NCBI GenBank assembly: GCA_963676915.2 | Contig: CAXXVK010000024.1 | Span: 55,530 to 119,529, forward strand | From: Myxococcota bacterium | GTDB taxonomy: Bacteria; Myxococcota_A; SURF-8; G963663525 | DNA length: 64,000 nucleotides | Reading direction: 5' to 3' | Shown here: positions 23,095 through 33,151 of the stretch, piece by piece | How the letters are laid out: the number at the start of each line of letters is the position of its first letter | Numbering within the stretch: the stretch's first letter is position 1 | Translations under genes and position numbers: made by a program | The notes under the pieces: model-generated | Databases searched by the model: none | The model's input: only the letters and a program-made list of their open reading frames with translations | Told to the model about the DNA's origin: nothing

Positions 23095-23198
23095 AGGCAG
23101 GCTCCTTCAACGTGATAATTGGAATTCAAACTTTTTGTGTCGTTTGCAAATAACCTGAAACTCGTAGCAAAGCGGTCCGAAAAAACCGGATGATCCCT

Positions 23199-23260
23199 AT
23201 CATAAAAACCAACAGGCAAATGTCAATTAAAATTATTTCCTATTAGTAACTATTTTTATT
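23199..23260 (-). promoter_or_regulatory. sigma70-type promoter of cydAB with AT-rich upstream element
   Basis: TTGACA (23226-23221)-16 bp-TATGAT (23204-23199). Confidence 0.55.
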
Positions 23261-23277
23261 TAATTTGAATTTACGAA

Positions 23278-24186
23278 TTAACGTTTCCCTATCATTTGCA
23301 AACGAACATTGAGCAGATTTAATGCAATTACAATAGCATCCGGTGGAAGATGCTTGACACTTGAACGATCCAGCAGAATCGTCAGCCGAGCGGGAAATTC
23401 CTCGTCGGCCTGCCAAAACAGATAATCCACCGGAAATTTCGGAAAAATATAAAAACGAACAGCAACATCGGCCTGAGCAATCGGGCTTCCTCCCAATTGT
23501 TTTGCAGTCGCTAAAAAATGTTCCCCATCACGGCCAAAGTGATCCTCCAACGGTTTGGTATGAATCTGGTATTGCCCCTGAAAAAAATCCCTGGCGCCTT
23601 CAATTTCCCGTAAAGAAACCATTTTCCCCGAAACAGGCGTCAACCTGGCCAGCGCGAGATAAACAAGCATCAAATAGGGAATTTGTCGGTCCCATTCTCC
23701 ACCGAAACTCCCCTGCGTCTTCTGAACGGTTTCGTTTCGCGGATCGATTTCCCAACTTTCGTTTAAACATTGCAACTGATAGCGGTTTCGGTCCAGCAAC
23801 ATCGCCCCGCTTTGCAATACGACATCGTTTCGGTGTTTGTCCCTCAACTGTTTCCAGTAAAAACGGGTGGGTTCGGGCCAAGCCTGGGAAATTCCCTGGC
23901 TTGCTTCCTTGCGACGCCGTGCTTGCATGGCGAGATATTTGGGTCCGTATGGATAGTTCGAATCGGTGAACGTTTCACAGGGATAGGCGTCGCAATCTCT
24001 CGTACAGTACGCAATCCCGCGTTCAATCGCGCATTCAAGGATCTGGCATCCCAGTCCCATCAAGCGCTGCTGGGCGGCGAGTTTTTCCCGCCCTTCCGGA
24101 CTTAGTCCCGAACCGCAGGTGCTGCACACGCCATTGATGTGAAGCCGACATACGTTGCAGTCGATTCCACAAGCCCCCGTGGACAT
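23278..24186 (-). CDS. DUF3795 (Cys-rich) + DUF3786 domain protein
   Basis: GACGIDCNVC...CSTC...CQILEC...YCTRDCDAYPC, then a C-terminal FPKFPV..FWQADEEFPA motif. Confidence 0.78.
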   Translation of the reverse strand: MSTGACGIDCNVCRLHINGVCSTCGSGLSPEGREKLAAQQRLMGLGCQILECAIERGIAYCTRDCDAYPCETFTDSNYPYGPKYLAMQARRRKEASQGISQAWPEPTRFYWKQLRDKHRNDVVLQSGAMLLDRNRYQLQCLNESWEIDPRNETVQKTQGSFGGEWDRQIPYLMLVYLALARLTPVSGKMVSLREIEGARDFFQGQYQIHTKPLEDHFGRDGEHFLATAKQLGGSPIAQADVAVRFYIFPKFPVDYLFWQADEEFPARLTILLDRSSVKHLPPDAIVIALNLLNVRLQMIGKR

Positions 24187-24425
24187 GATTTCCGCCTTTC
24201 TTCTCTCCGACTACTCCAGAACTCTTCATTAAGTGTACGTCCGAAAATCGAAGAAAACAACCGATACCGGTCACAAAGAAGCGAATTCCGACAGAACTTC
24301 GATCAAAAGAACTTCAAATGCCAGCTTTGCACCGTCAAACCTTTGGAAATTCCCGAGTTTTTCCTTGCGATTTACCCTTCGGCATGGTAAGCGCAACATC
24401 CGCGTAAAAATACGCGGTTTTATTT

Positions 24426-24501
24426 CACACGTCTCGGGATCGGGATTCCAGTGTGCGGCGCAAGCCGGGGAATACCGAGATGAACGAGACGGAGGCTCAA
24501 C
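24426..24501 (+). ncRNA. rpsB (S2) leader, t44-like cis-regulatory RNA
   Basis: CACACGTCTCG...CGAGACGGAGGCTCAAC: a closing stem with the CACAC and GGAGGC-AAC flanks typical of t44, directly upstream of rpsB. Confidence 0.7.
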
Positions 24502-24515
24502 ACTGGAGGATAGCC

Positions 24516-25358
24516 ATGACCAGCCCGATTTCCATGAAAGAAATGCTCGACGCCGGGGTTCACTTCGGTCACCAGACCCAGCGCTGGAACCCCAAAATGA
24601 AGCCCTACATCTTCGGTTCCCGCAACAAAGTCCATATTGTTGACTTGCAACAGACCGTCCGCCTGTTCCGCCGCGCCTACGAATTCGTAGTCAACACCGT
24701 GGCCGAAGGCGGCAGCGTAATGTTCGTCGGCACCAAGCGACAAGCCCGCGAAATCATTATGGAAGAAGGCGAACGCTCCGAGCAGTATTACATGACGCAC
24801 CGTTGGCTCGGCGGAACGTTGACCAACTTCCGTACGATCAAGCAGTCGGTCGAAGTTTACAACGAACTCGTTAAAATGGCTGAAGACGACAATTATCGCG
24901 TCAAAACCAAAAAAGAAGCGCTGAAAAAAGAAAAACTGAAAGACAAGCTCGGTCGCAACCTGATCGGCATCAGCAAAATGTCCAAGCTTCCCACGGCCAT
25001 GTTCATCATCGATCCCCACAAGGAAAAAATCGCTCTTCACGAAGCGAACGTCCTGGGAATTCCGGTCATCGCCCTTTGCGACACCAACTGCGATCCGGAC
25101 GGCATCGATTTCATCATCCCCGGAAACGACGACGCCATCCGCTCGATCAAGCTGTTTTCCTCGAAAATCGCCGATGCCTGCCTGGAAGGCAAAGCGCTCT
25201 ATCGTGAAAACAAGCGTAGCAGCGCTGGCACGAAAAAGGAAATCGGCGATTCCGTGACCGTCGCAGGCAAAAAAGTGGCCGTCAAAAAAATGCAGAAGAA
25301 CGAGGAAGCCTACTCTTCCGACGATGCAGACGCCAAACCCCAAGAAGAAAAGAAATAA
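24516..25358 (+). CDS. rpsB: 30S ribosomal protein S2
   Basis: AGVHFGHQT.RWNPKM, FVGTKRQA, RWLGGTLTN, DTNCDP, PGNDDAIRS. Confidence 0.98.
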   Translation: MTSPISMKEMLDAGVHFGHQTQRWNPKMKPYIFGSRNKVHIVDLQQTVRLFRRAYEFVVNTVAEGGSVMFVGTKRQAREIIMEEGERSEQYYMTHRWLGGTLTNFRTIKQSVEVYNELVKMAEDDNYRVKTKKEALKKEKLKDKLGRNLIGISKMSKLPTAMFIIDPHKEKIALHEANVLGIPVIALCDTNCDPDGIDFIIPGNDDAIRSIKLFSSKIADACLEGKALYRENKRSSAGTKKEIGDSVTVAGKKVAVKKMQKNEEAYSSDDADAKPQEEKK

Positions 25359-25437
25359 TACCGGCTTTCAGCCGAATCGAAATCGATCGACAATATAAGT
25401 TTTCCCGCTCTGCGGGTAGGATCTGGAGGAATTCGCA

Positions 25438-26385
25438 ATGAAAATCACGGCACAGATGGTCAAGGAACTGCGCGACAAAACCGGCGCAGGAATGATGGAC
25501 TGCAAAAAAGCTCTGACCGAAACCGAAGGCGACATGGAAGCCGCTCTCGACGCGCTGCGGAAAAAAGGACTCGCCGCCGCGAAGAAGAAAGCCGGACGCA
25601 TCACCTCGGAAGGCAAAGTCGCCGGATGGATTACCGATGACGGCAAAAACGCCGGTCTCGTCGAAGTCAACTGCGAAACCGATTTCGTGGCCCGTGGCGA
25701 CGAATTCACCGGTTTCGTCAACACTCTGTGCAATCACATTCAAGCCAACGATCCCGCCGACATCGCTGCTCTGAACGAGCAAAAATGGGTCGAAGACGCC
25801 AACCTCAGCGTGGCGGATCTGCTGACGGAAAAAATCTCGAAGATCGGCGAAAACATTTCGGTTCGCCAGTTCGCCAAATGGGAACTCCAGGATAAAGGTA
25901 TGTTCTACCTTTACATTCATGGTGAAGGAACCATGGGCGTGCTCGTCGAGGTAGGCTGCGGTAAAGACGAAACCGTAGGCAACGAAAAGTTCCAAACTTT
26001 TGCCAAGCAAGTCGCCATGCAAATCGGCGCGTTGGCTCCTCTTTCGGTGTCCTCGGACGAAATCTCCGATGAGATCATCGAGCGCGAAAAAGCCATCTAC
26101 ATCGATCAGGTCAAAGAAGAAGGCAAGCCCGAGAAAATCTGGGACAAAATCGTCGAAGGAAAGCTGCAAAAGTTCTTCCAGGACATGGTTTTGTTGAACC
26201 AGGAATGGGTCCACGAAATGGAAAAGAAGAAACCGCGTGTCAACAAGGTTCTCGAAGGACTCGCCAAGGAACTGGGCGACGAGATCACCGTCCGTCGTTT
26301 CATCCGCTGGCGTCTCGGCGAAGGACTGGAGAAACGCAGCAACGACTTGGCGGCTGAAGTCGCCGAGCAGCTCGAAGGGAAATAA
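25438..26385 (+). CDS. tsf: elongation factor Ts
   Basis: VKELRDKTGAGMMDCKKAL, EVNCETDFVA, KIVEGK. Confidence 0.98.
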   Translation: MKITAQMVKELRDKTGAGMMDCKKALTETEGDMEAALDALRKKGLAAAKKKAGRITSEGKVAGWITDDGKNAGLVEVNCETDFVARGDEFTGFVNTLCNHIQANDPADIAALNEQKWVEDANLSVADLLTEKISKIGENISVRQFAKWELQDKGMFYLYIHGEGTMGVLVEVGCGKDETVGNEKFQTFAKQVAMQIGALAPLSVSSDEISDEIIEREKAIYIDQVKEEGKPEKIWDKIVEGKLQKFFQDMVLLNQEWVHEMEKKKPRVNKVLEGLAKELGDEITVRRFIRWRLGEGLEKRSNDLAAEVAEQLEGK

Positions 26386-26400
26386 TCCTGACGATCTTTC

Positions 26401-26428
26401 AGCCCCGCCCCCAAGGCGGGGCTTTTTC
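26401..26428 (+). terminator. intrinsic terminator between tsf and pyrH
   Basis: AGCCCCGCC...GGCGGGGCT followed by TTTT. Confidence 0.8.
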
Positions 26429-26440
26429 ATGGAGAAGGAC

Positions 26441-27163
26441 ATGTCTGCATACAAACGAATTTTATTGAAAGTCTCCGGTGAAGCTTTGAGCGATCCGACG
26501 GATGAATCCCATGCGATTTTATCCAAAACCATCTGCCAGAACCTTGTCAAAGAAATCAAGGCCGTTCACGATCTTGGCGTGGAAATCGGCATCGTGGTTG
26601 GCGGTGGGAACATTTTCCGGGGAAAACTGGCGGCGGACCTCGGAGTGGAGCGCATCAAAGGCGACCAGATGGGAATGCTTGCCACCGTAATCAACGCCAT
26701 CGGACTGGAAGGCGTCCTGCGCTCGGCGGGTGTCCCGGCCTGTGTCCACTCGGCGATTCCGGCCTGCCAGGCGGTGGAAGAATTCAATGCCGAACGCGCA
26801 AAAAAACAAATCGCGGAAAAAACCGTGGTGATTTTCGCGGCGGGAACGGGCAACCCGTTTTTCACCACCGATACCGGCGCGGCGTTGCGTGCCGTTCAGA
26901 CCGGTTGCGACGTTTTCTTCAAATCCACGAAAGTTCCGGGCGTTTTCGACAAAGACCCGATAAAACACTCCGATGCCGTAAAATACGACCGTCTGACCTT
27001 CGGAGAAGCCTTGGAAAAGAACCTCCAGGTTCTCGACCAGACCGCTTTTGCGCTCTGCCGCGAAAATAAACTACCGATTCTGGTGTTCAAGCTCGGCGAA
27101 GAAGGCAACCTGATGCGTGCCGTTCAGGGTGAATCGGTCGGAACTCTCGTGACGGACAACTAG
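26441..27163 (+). CDS. pyrH: UMP kinase
   Basis: RILLKVSGEAL, VGGGNIFRG, GMLATVIN, GTGNPFFTTD. Confidence 0.97.
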   Translation: MSAYKRILLKVSGEALSDPTDESHAILSKTICQNLVKEIKAVHDLGVEIGIVVGGGNIFRGKLAADLGVERIKGDQMGMLATVINAIGLEGVLRSAGVPACVHSAIPACQAVEEFNAERAKKQIAEKTVVIFAAGTGNPFFTTDTGAALRAVQTGCDVFFKSTKVPGVFDKDPIKHSDAVKYDRLTFGEALEKNLQVLDQTAFALCRENKLPILVFKLGEEGNLMRAVQGESVGTLVTDN

Positions 27164-27259
27164 CCTCCAAGACAATACTTTGCTTGCAAACGAAAAAACG
27201 TTATAAGCAAGGTATTGTCTTTCCATCATTTTCGGCATCGCCGCCGGTAAGGATACGGT

Positions 27260-28063
27260 ATGCAACGACTTAGCCGACTTCTTCCGCTGTTGTTTGCGTT
27301 TGGCCTGTTTGTTTCCCTGCAAGCCTGCGGGGGATCGGATAGTGAAACCACTCCCGCCGATATGGATGACGAACGGATGGAACCTGAAGAAGAGGAACAG
27401 GAAGCGGAATTCGAGGAAGAAGAAGCCGTGCGTACCGAAACGTTGCTTCGTTTTCCACTGGCCGACGAAGAAGGGCATTATTCGCTGGAATTCATTTTCG
27501 GCGTGGATCACGATCCGGAAGTCTACGACGGCATCGGCGAAGGCATCTGCACGAATTATCGCGGGGACCACTTCCCCCACTGCTACGACGAACACAGCGG
27601 TTCGGATTACATTCTCAACGGCGGTTTCGAAACGATGGATCTCGGCGTGGCATTCGTCTACGCCGCCGCCGATGGAATCGTTACCGACATCGAGGATGGC
27701 CATTACGACCGCTGCCACATCGACACCGAAAACCTCGGAGCCGGAAACATTTCCTGCGATGGCCACGAAATTCGCGCCAACAAGATCATCATCGAGCACG
27801 AATTCGGGCTTGTTACGAAGTATTATCACCTCGTCAACGGTTCGTTGCTGGTCGATATCGGCGACACGGTAACCTGTGGACAGAAAATTGCTCAGGTAGG
27901 AAGCTCGGGAATCTCCTCGGCCCCCCACTTGCATTTCCAGGTAGAAGACCTGGAAGGAACGGTCATCGATCCTTACTCGGGGGAATTCAGTCAGGAAAAA
28001 AGCTACTGGGTCGAACAAGACTCCGGAAACGGATTGCCCGGAGAAACCTGCGCCTTCCCTTGA
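27260..28063 (+). CDS. M23-family metallopeptidase lipoprotein
   Basis: Lipobox LQAC, acidic linker, HSGSD, AAADG, YYHL, GSSG.S.APHLHF. Confidence 0.88.
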   Translation: MQRLSRLLPLLFAFGLFVSLQACGGSDSETTPADMDDERMEPEEEEQEAEFEEEEAVRTETLLRFPLADEEGHYSLEFIFGVDHDPEVYDGIGEGICTNYRGDHFPHCYDEHSGSDYILNGGFETMDLGVAFVYAAADGIVTDIEDGHYDRCHIDTENLGAGNISCDGHEIRANKIIIEHEFGLVTKYYHLVNGSLLVDIGDTVTCGQKIAQVGSSGISSAPHLHFQVEDLEGTVIDPYSGEFSQEKSYWVEQDSGNGLPGETCAFP

Positions 28064-28426
28064 AAGTCCAACGATTTTCAACACCTGCTTCGTTCGAACC
28101 TCGACAAACGTTAAACATTCAAAAGCTACCATCTCCCCTGACATCTATCATCCGTTAAAACCAACCAAGTACATCCTTTTCCAAATAGCGTTAAAACAGA
28201 GAAAACCGAGTGAAAACCAGAAGGTTCCCGCGTCGGAAAACCTTGACATCCTAGACACCCCATGAAAAAATAACCGCCGCTTTGGCAATTTTTTTTACTT
28301 CGAACTCGACTCTTTGCCGAATCGAACGTCTTATTAGTTACTTTAATTATGTGATAAAAGCACTGATGAGTCGAAAATCAAACGCCTGAGATGGTTTCAG
28401 GGATACTTCAAGAACGGAGCAAGCGG

Positions 28427-31400
28427 ATGAATCGGAGATTTTCTTCAACGGCTAGTTTGTATTTTGCCGTCGCGTTTCTTCTTTTGGGACTCTTTTCCTG
28501 GGGATGTGATGATTCCTCCGGTGGAGACCCCACGGGAGGAGACAACCCCAACACTGGGACTCAGTGTACTCCTCCAAACCACGATGAATGCGAGCAAGCC
28601 GGCGGAAACTGGGTTTGCACCAGCGAAGGTCGTTGCGTCGATCGCGGCCCCTGCACCAGTGACGCCGAATGCCAGTCCTGGCGCACCGGCTACAATGACG
28701 CTACTTGCAACAGCGGACTGTGCACCTGGGGCGGAGAAGACGGCGACGATGACAGCGAAGTGGATCAATCCACCTCCGATGGCTGCAAACGGCTGGATTA
28801 TGCGTTCAGCGGAACGTACTGCGGCGAAACCGCCACGATCTACGTCACGACCACAAGCGAAGGGGTCGGCGAAGTCTACTGGCTCGAAGAAGACCTGCAA
28901 GGTGTCGTTTCCGAAGGCTGTGTCGTCAGTTTCGAAGGCTCCGAATGTACGGGTAGCATCCTGGATGGCTCCTTGACCCTTACCTGTCCTTCCTGTGACA
29001 ACGGAAGCATCGATATCGTAGCAGGTGACGGCGGTTACCTGACCATCGATCCCACCGCCCAGGATTATGGCAACGTCGAGAGAAACGCTACGAAAAACAA
29101 TGACTTCCAGCTCTCGGCTTCGGAAGCGGACATCACGATTGCCAAAATCGTTTTCAGCAGCGATTCCAGCCCGAATTTCACGATTTCCAATATCGATGCC
29201 TGGACCGGTACAACCATTTCAGCCGGATCCTACCAGAACCTGACCATTAGCTATACCGCCAACTTCCCCGAAAGTATGTCGCGAGAGGCGGAAGAAGCCA
29301 CAGTCTACATTTATTCGAACGACAAAATCCAGCAGGTCTACGCCATCAGCGTTTGGACAACCCCCAAAGTCGATGTCAACGTGGTTGTCGAGCCCGTTGC
29401 GATCAACTTCGGTTCCTCGGCCGTCGAATACGACAACGAGCGAATGTTCCAAATCAAAAATATCGCCGGTGCTCCCGGACAGGTCACCGGCATCGCCATC
29501 GGTGAAGACGCTCAGGGTAACCCCTGGGACGGTGAAGGAGCCTTCACCCTGATGCCGTTCACCCCTGAAAACGAGCCTCCGTTCGTCGTTGAAGCCGGTG
29601 ATGTCGTTAGTGTGTACGTCAACTTCCACCCGATCCAGGGCGTTCACCGTTCGGGCGTCACCTACGACGGACAGATTCTCGTCACCTATCTGGACTCGGA
29701 AGACAACACCAAAGAAAAATACGTCTCGCTGATCGGTCGTGTCGAAGAAGTCCGGCCAGCCTGCTTGGACATTCAACCCCTCGAAGGTTCCGCCGGTATC
29801 TGGGGTATGGGTGAATATCCCGGTCCTGGCATCAACTTCGGCATGTCCCAAATCGGTGTGGTCAGTACCCGTATTCTTTCCATCAGCAACTGCGGCGACC
29901 TGCCGTTGACCATCAACAACATTGCCTGGAACGAATTCGGTTGGGGACCGCCTTTCACCGCTCCTGCGTTCTTCGAGGACATGGGTACGTTCCATTCCTA
30001 CACTTTGCAGCGCCAGGATACGATTTTCCTCAACATCAACTTCCTGCCGGTTTCCGAGTCGGGTACGGACCCGTTGATGGCCGCTTATTCCGGGCAAATC
30101 TTCGTCACTTCCGATGCGGAAACGGGTAACAATATCCCGGCGGGCATCCCTGAAGGAGCTTGCGATCCCAGCAACGGAAACGCAGATTGCGCTGGTTTGG
30201 TTGGTGACTGCATGTGTGTAAACTGGGGTGGTGAGAACCTCTGCCAGTGCCAGAATCCTCAGAACGTCACGGTGGGCGTCCGAGGTTCCGGTGCACGCCG
30301 CGACATCGAAGTTCTTCCTTCGAAAGTCGAATTCGGCCTGATTACCTTGGGTTGCAAAAGCCGCCCGGAAATCATCACCATTTACAACCTCGGAGACCTT
30401 CCGCTGGATATCGAAGACATCCGAATCGGTAATGGCTCCGACGATAAATTCATCCTCAAGAATCTGCCGACCCTGCCCATGCAACTCGGTGGATCGGGGA
30501 ACATGCAGAGCGTTTCGTTCATGGCACAGTTCGAACCGACCTTCGAAGGCGAACATACAGGCCGTGTAGAGATCGTTTCCGACGACCAGGACGAGCAGAT
30601 GTACGTCGTTCCGTTGCTCGGTGAAGGCACGACCATCGCCCACCAGACCGATGAATTCGTGCAGATCGATCACCCCATGGTGGACTTGCTTTGGGTCGTG
30701 GACCACTCCGGTTCGATGAGTGACGAGCAGGAACTGCTTCGTGACAACTTCGATGCCTTCATCCATGAAGCCGTAACCTGGGATGCCGACATGAACGTCG
30801 CGATGACCACGGTTGATATGGAAGAAGCCGAAGGTGGCGACATGGGCGAGTTCCAGGGTTCTCCGAAAATCATCAACTTCGGTGCTCCGGACGGTTCCGG
30901 AATGAGCGCCAATGCTGCAATTGAAGCCTTCAAAGACAACTCGACAGAAGGTTCGGGAGGCGGTACCGAAAAAGGGTTGGCCGCCGGACACGCTGCCCTG
31001 TCTCCCCCCATGTTGACGGAAACCGAGCAGAATCCCGGTCCCAATGACATTTTCATCCGGGACGATGCCAAACTTTCGATCATCTTCGTTTCCGACGAAG
31101 AAGACCAGTCGATCCCCGATACCGACTTCTACGTGGACTTCTTCAAGTCGAAAAAAGGCTATCGCAACGTGAACCTGCTCGAAGTGTACGCCATCGTTGG
31201 CGATCCCGATCCCAACGGTGGTTGTGGTGATGCCAATTCCTCGACGGGAGCTTCGGCTACAGCCGGTAACCGCTACGTTGAAGTAGCCGACCGCTGCAAT
31301 CCGCACTCGGGAGAGCACTTCATTTCCGTCTGTGACCGTGACTGGGGTCCGGTGTTCAGCACAATTGCGGAAAACATCTTCGAGTTGCGCTATCAGTTCC

Positions 31401-31591
31401 CGCTCAGTCGGTGGGCCGAACCGGATTCGATCCGTGTAAAAGTCGGTCATCCGCCCAGCATTCCGATGGGACCGCTTGAAGAAGGATGGGAATACGACGA
31501 CCTCGACAACTCGATCATTTTCGATGCGGACAACGTCCCGCAACCGGGCGACACGATCATCGTGGATTACGAAGCGGAGTGTTACCAGTAA
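28427..31591 (+). CDS. large Cys-rich surface lipoprotein with ASH/choice-of-anchor-D Ig-like repeats and vWA domain
   Basis: Lipobox SWGC. Repeated P..xxFG...I.N.G..PL.I units. MIDAS-like VDLLWVVDHSGSM and IFVSDEED. An alternative start exists at 28391. Confidence 0.85.
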   Translation: MNRRFSSTASLYFAVAFLLLGLFSWGCDDSSGGDPTGGDNPNTGTQCTPPNHDECEQAGGNWVCTSEGRCVDRGPCTSDAECQSWRTGYNDATCNSGLCTWGGEDGDDDSEVDQSTSDGCKRLDYAFSGTYCGETATIYVTTTSEGVGEVYWLEEDLQGVVSEGCVVSFEGSECTGSILDGSLTLTCPSCDNGSIDIVAGDGGYLTIDPTAQDYGNVERNATKNNDFQLSASEADITIAKIVFSSDSSPNFTISNIDAWTGTTISAGSYQNLTISYTANFPESMSREAEEATVYIYSNDKIQQVYAISVWTTPKVDVNVVVEPVAINFGSSAVEYDNERMFQIKNIAGAPGQVTGIAIGEDAQGNPWDGEGAFTLMPFTPENEPPFVVEAGDVVSVYVNFHPIQGVHRSGVTYDGQILVTYLDSEDNTKEKYVSLIGRVEEVRPACLDIQPLEGSAGIWGMGEYPGPGINFGMSQIGVVSTRILSISNCGDLPLTINNIAWNEFGWGPPFTAPAFFEDMGTFHSYTLQRQDTIFLNINFLPVSESGTDPLMAAYSGQIFVTSDAETGNNIPAGIPEGACDPSNGNADCAGLVGDCMCVNWGGENLCQCQNPQNVTVGVRGSGARRDIEVLPSKVEFGLITLGCKSRPEIITIYNLGDLPLDIEDIRIGNGSDDKFILKNLPTLPMQLGGSGNMQSVSFMAQFEPTFEGEHTGRVEIVSDDQDEQMYVVPLLGEGTTIAHQTDEFVQIDHPMVDLLWVVDHSGSMSDEQELLRDNFDAFIHEAVTWDADMNVAMTTVDMEEAEGGDMGEFQGSPKIINFGAPDGSGMSANAAIEAFKDNSTEGSGGGTEKGLAAGHAALSPPMLTETEQNPGPNDIFIRDDAKLSIIFVSDEEDQSIPDTDFYVDFFKSKKGYRNVNLLEVYAIVGDPDPNGGCGDANSSTGASATAGNRYVEVADRCNPHSGEHFISVCDRDWGPVFSTIAENIFELRYQFPLSRWAEPDSIRVKVGHPPSIPMGPLEEGWEYDDLDNSIIFDADNVPQPGDTIIVDYEAECYQ

Positions 31592-31616
31592 AACGCTTCG
31601 GATCTTGAGTCAAATC

Positions 31617-31650
31617 AACCCCTTGCGAAAATTTCGCAAGGGGTTTTTTA
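31617..31650. terminator. intrinsic terminator (possibly bidirectional)
   Basis: AACCCCTTGCGAAA/TTTCGCAAGGGGTT followed by a T tract. Confidence 0.85.
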
Positions 31651-31741
31651 TTTTTTTCAGGGGGAATACGGTCTCTGTAAAAGAAACAAGGCTGAGCTGG
31701 GTAACAGATCTACAACACCAGTGCTTTGGTACCCAATAAAA

Positions 31742-32974
31742 CTATCCGAAATGATAGCCTTTGGGAATCACGACGACACCACCTTCGCTGATGATGAAAC
31801 GCTTGATATCCTCATCACGATTGTAGCCAATCACCGTACCTTCGGGAACAACAACGCTTTTATCGATAATTACTTTACGCAGCTTGGAATGTCTTCCGAC
31901 AAATACTCCCGCGAAAAGAATGGAATCCTCCACGGTCGAAAAACTGTTCACTTTCACTCCAGGACCGATGATTGACCGGGTAACCCTGCCTCCCGAAACG
32001 ATGGCTCCGTTACTCATCAACGATTCAAGCACCTGCCCTCGCCGTTCTTCCTGCGTCCAGACCGTTTTCGCCGGTGGTTTTTGGGGAAGATTGGTTCGTA
32101 CCGTCCAATCGTCATCATACAAATCGAAACTGGGATTGACGTTAACAAGATCCATCGAAGCGGCGTAATAGCTATCGAGGGTTCCAATATCCTGCCAATA
32201 GGAACGATCCTTGTGATTTTCATCTTCGAAAGGATAGGCATGAACACGGTATAAGTCGAGCATTCCCGGAATGATGTTTTTACCGAAATCGTGCTCGGTG
32301 TCCTTCTTGGCGTCCATGGAAACTTCACGAACCAATGGAGGCGTCGTAAAGATGTAAATCCCCATGGAGGCCAGGCAATAACCCGGTTTTCCCGGAATTT
32401 CCGGAGGATCGTCCGACTTTTCGTGGAACGCCTTGACCTTCCAGTTTTCGTCGATTTCGCAAACTCCCAACCGCTTGGCTTCTTCTTTCGTGACTTCCAT
32501 CGTGGAAATCGTCAGATCGGATTTTTTCTCCAAGTGATAGTTCAACATCTTGGAATAATCCATCTTGTAGATATGGTCGCCGGATAGAATCAACACGAAG
32601 TCGGTCGGATGATTGCCCAGTAAATTGACGTTCTGGAAGATCGCGTCGGCGGTTCCTTCATACCAACGGTCACGGGCGCGACGCTGGGGAGGTACACTGT
32701 AAAGGAATTCCCCCAGTTCGGAGGAGAAAATGTTCCATCCCTGATGCAAGTGTTCGTCCAGAGACTGGCTTTTGTATTGTGTCAGCATGTAAATGCGCCG
32801 AAAACCCGAATTTACACAATTGGAAAGTGTAAAGTCGATAATCCGATAATTTCCACCGAACGGTACCGAAGGTTTGGATCGAACCGTCGTAAGGGGATAC
32901 AGACGACTCCCCTCCCCTCCCGCGAGGATCATCGTAACCGTTTTCCGCATGATGCTCGACCAGTATTGCCGCAT
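31742..32974 (-). CDS. glgC: glucose-1-phosphate adenylyltransferase
   Basis: LAGGEGSRLYPLT..RSKP.VPFGG.YRIIDF, WYEGTADA, SGDHIYKMDY, ASMGIY, YWQDIGT. The start may be 32950. Confidence 0.97.
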   Translation of the reverse strand: MRQYWSSIMRKTVTMILAGGEGSRLYPLTTVRSKPSVPFGGNYRIIDFTLSNCVNSGFRRIYMLTQYKSQSLDEHLHQGWNIFSSELGEFLYSVPPQRRARDRWYEGTADAIFQNVNLLGNHPTDFVLILSGDHIYKMDYSKMLNYHLEKKSDLTISTMEVTKEEAKRLGVCEIDENWKVKAFHEKSDDPPEIPGKPGYCLASMGIYIFTTPPLVREVSMDAKKDTEHDFGKNIIPGMLDLYRVHAYPFEDENHKDRSYWQDIGTLDSYYAASMDLVNVNPSFDLYDDDWTVRTNLPQKPPAKTVWTQEERRGQVLESLMSNGAIVSGGRVTRSIIGPGVKVNSFSTVEDSILFAGVFVGRHSKLRKVIIDKSVVVPEGTVIGYNRDEDIKRFIISEGGVVVIPKGYHFG

Positions 32975-33151
32975 TCCATCCTCCGATTGAATTGACTACC
33001 CGCGGGTCAAGCGGGTTGTTTCTTCACAATGAGTTCAACTTTACGGGGATCAAGGAGAAAAAGAAATGAGAATTTCGCGAAAAATGGCGATCGAAACGAA
33101 AAATGCCCCTTCTTTCGCTGTCTTTTCCAAGTCTTTTCCGACTCATTACAA

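Noticed and set aside
29219-31543. Long antisense ORFs (774 aa here; also 24420-25343, 25282-26559, 56012-57052, 57159-58169)
   Set aside because: Shadow ORFs opposite well-supported genes with biased codon usage and no recognisable motifs.
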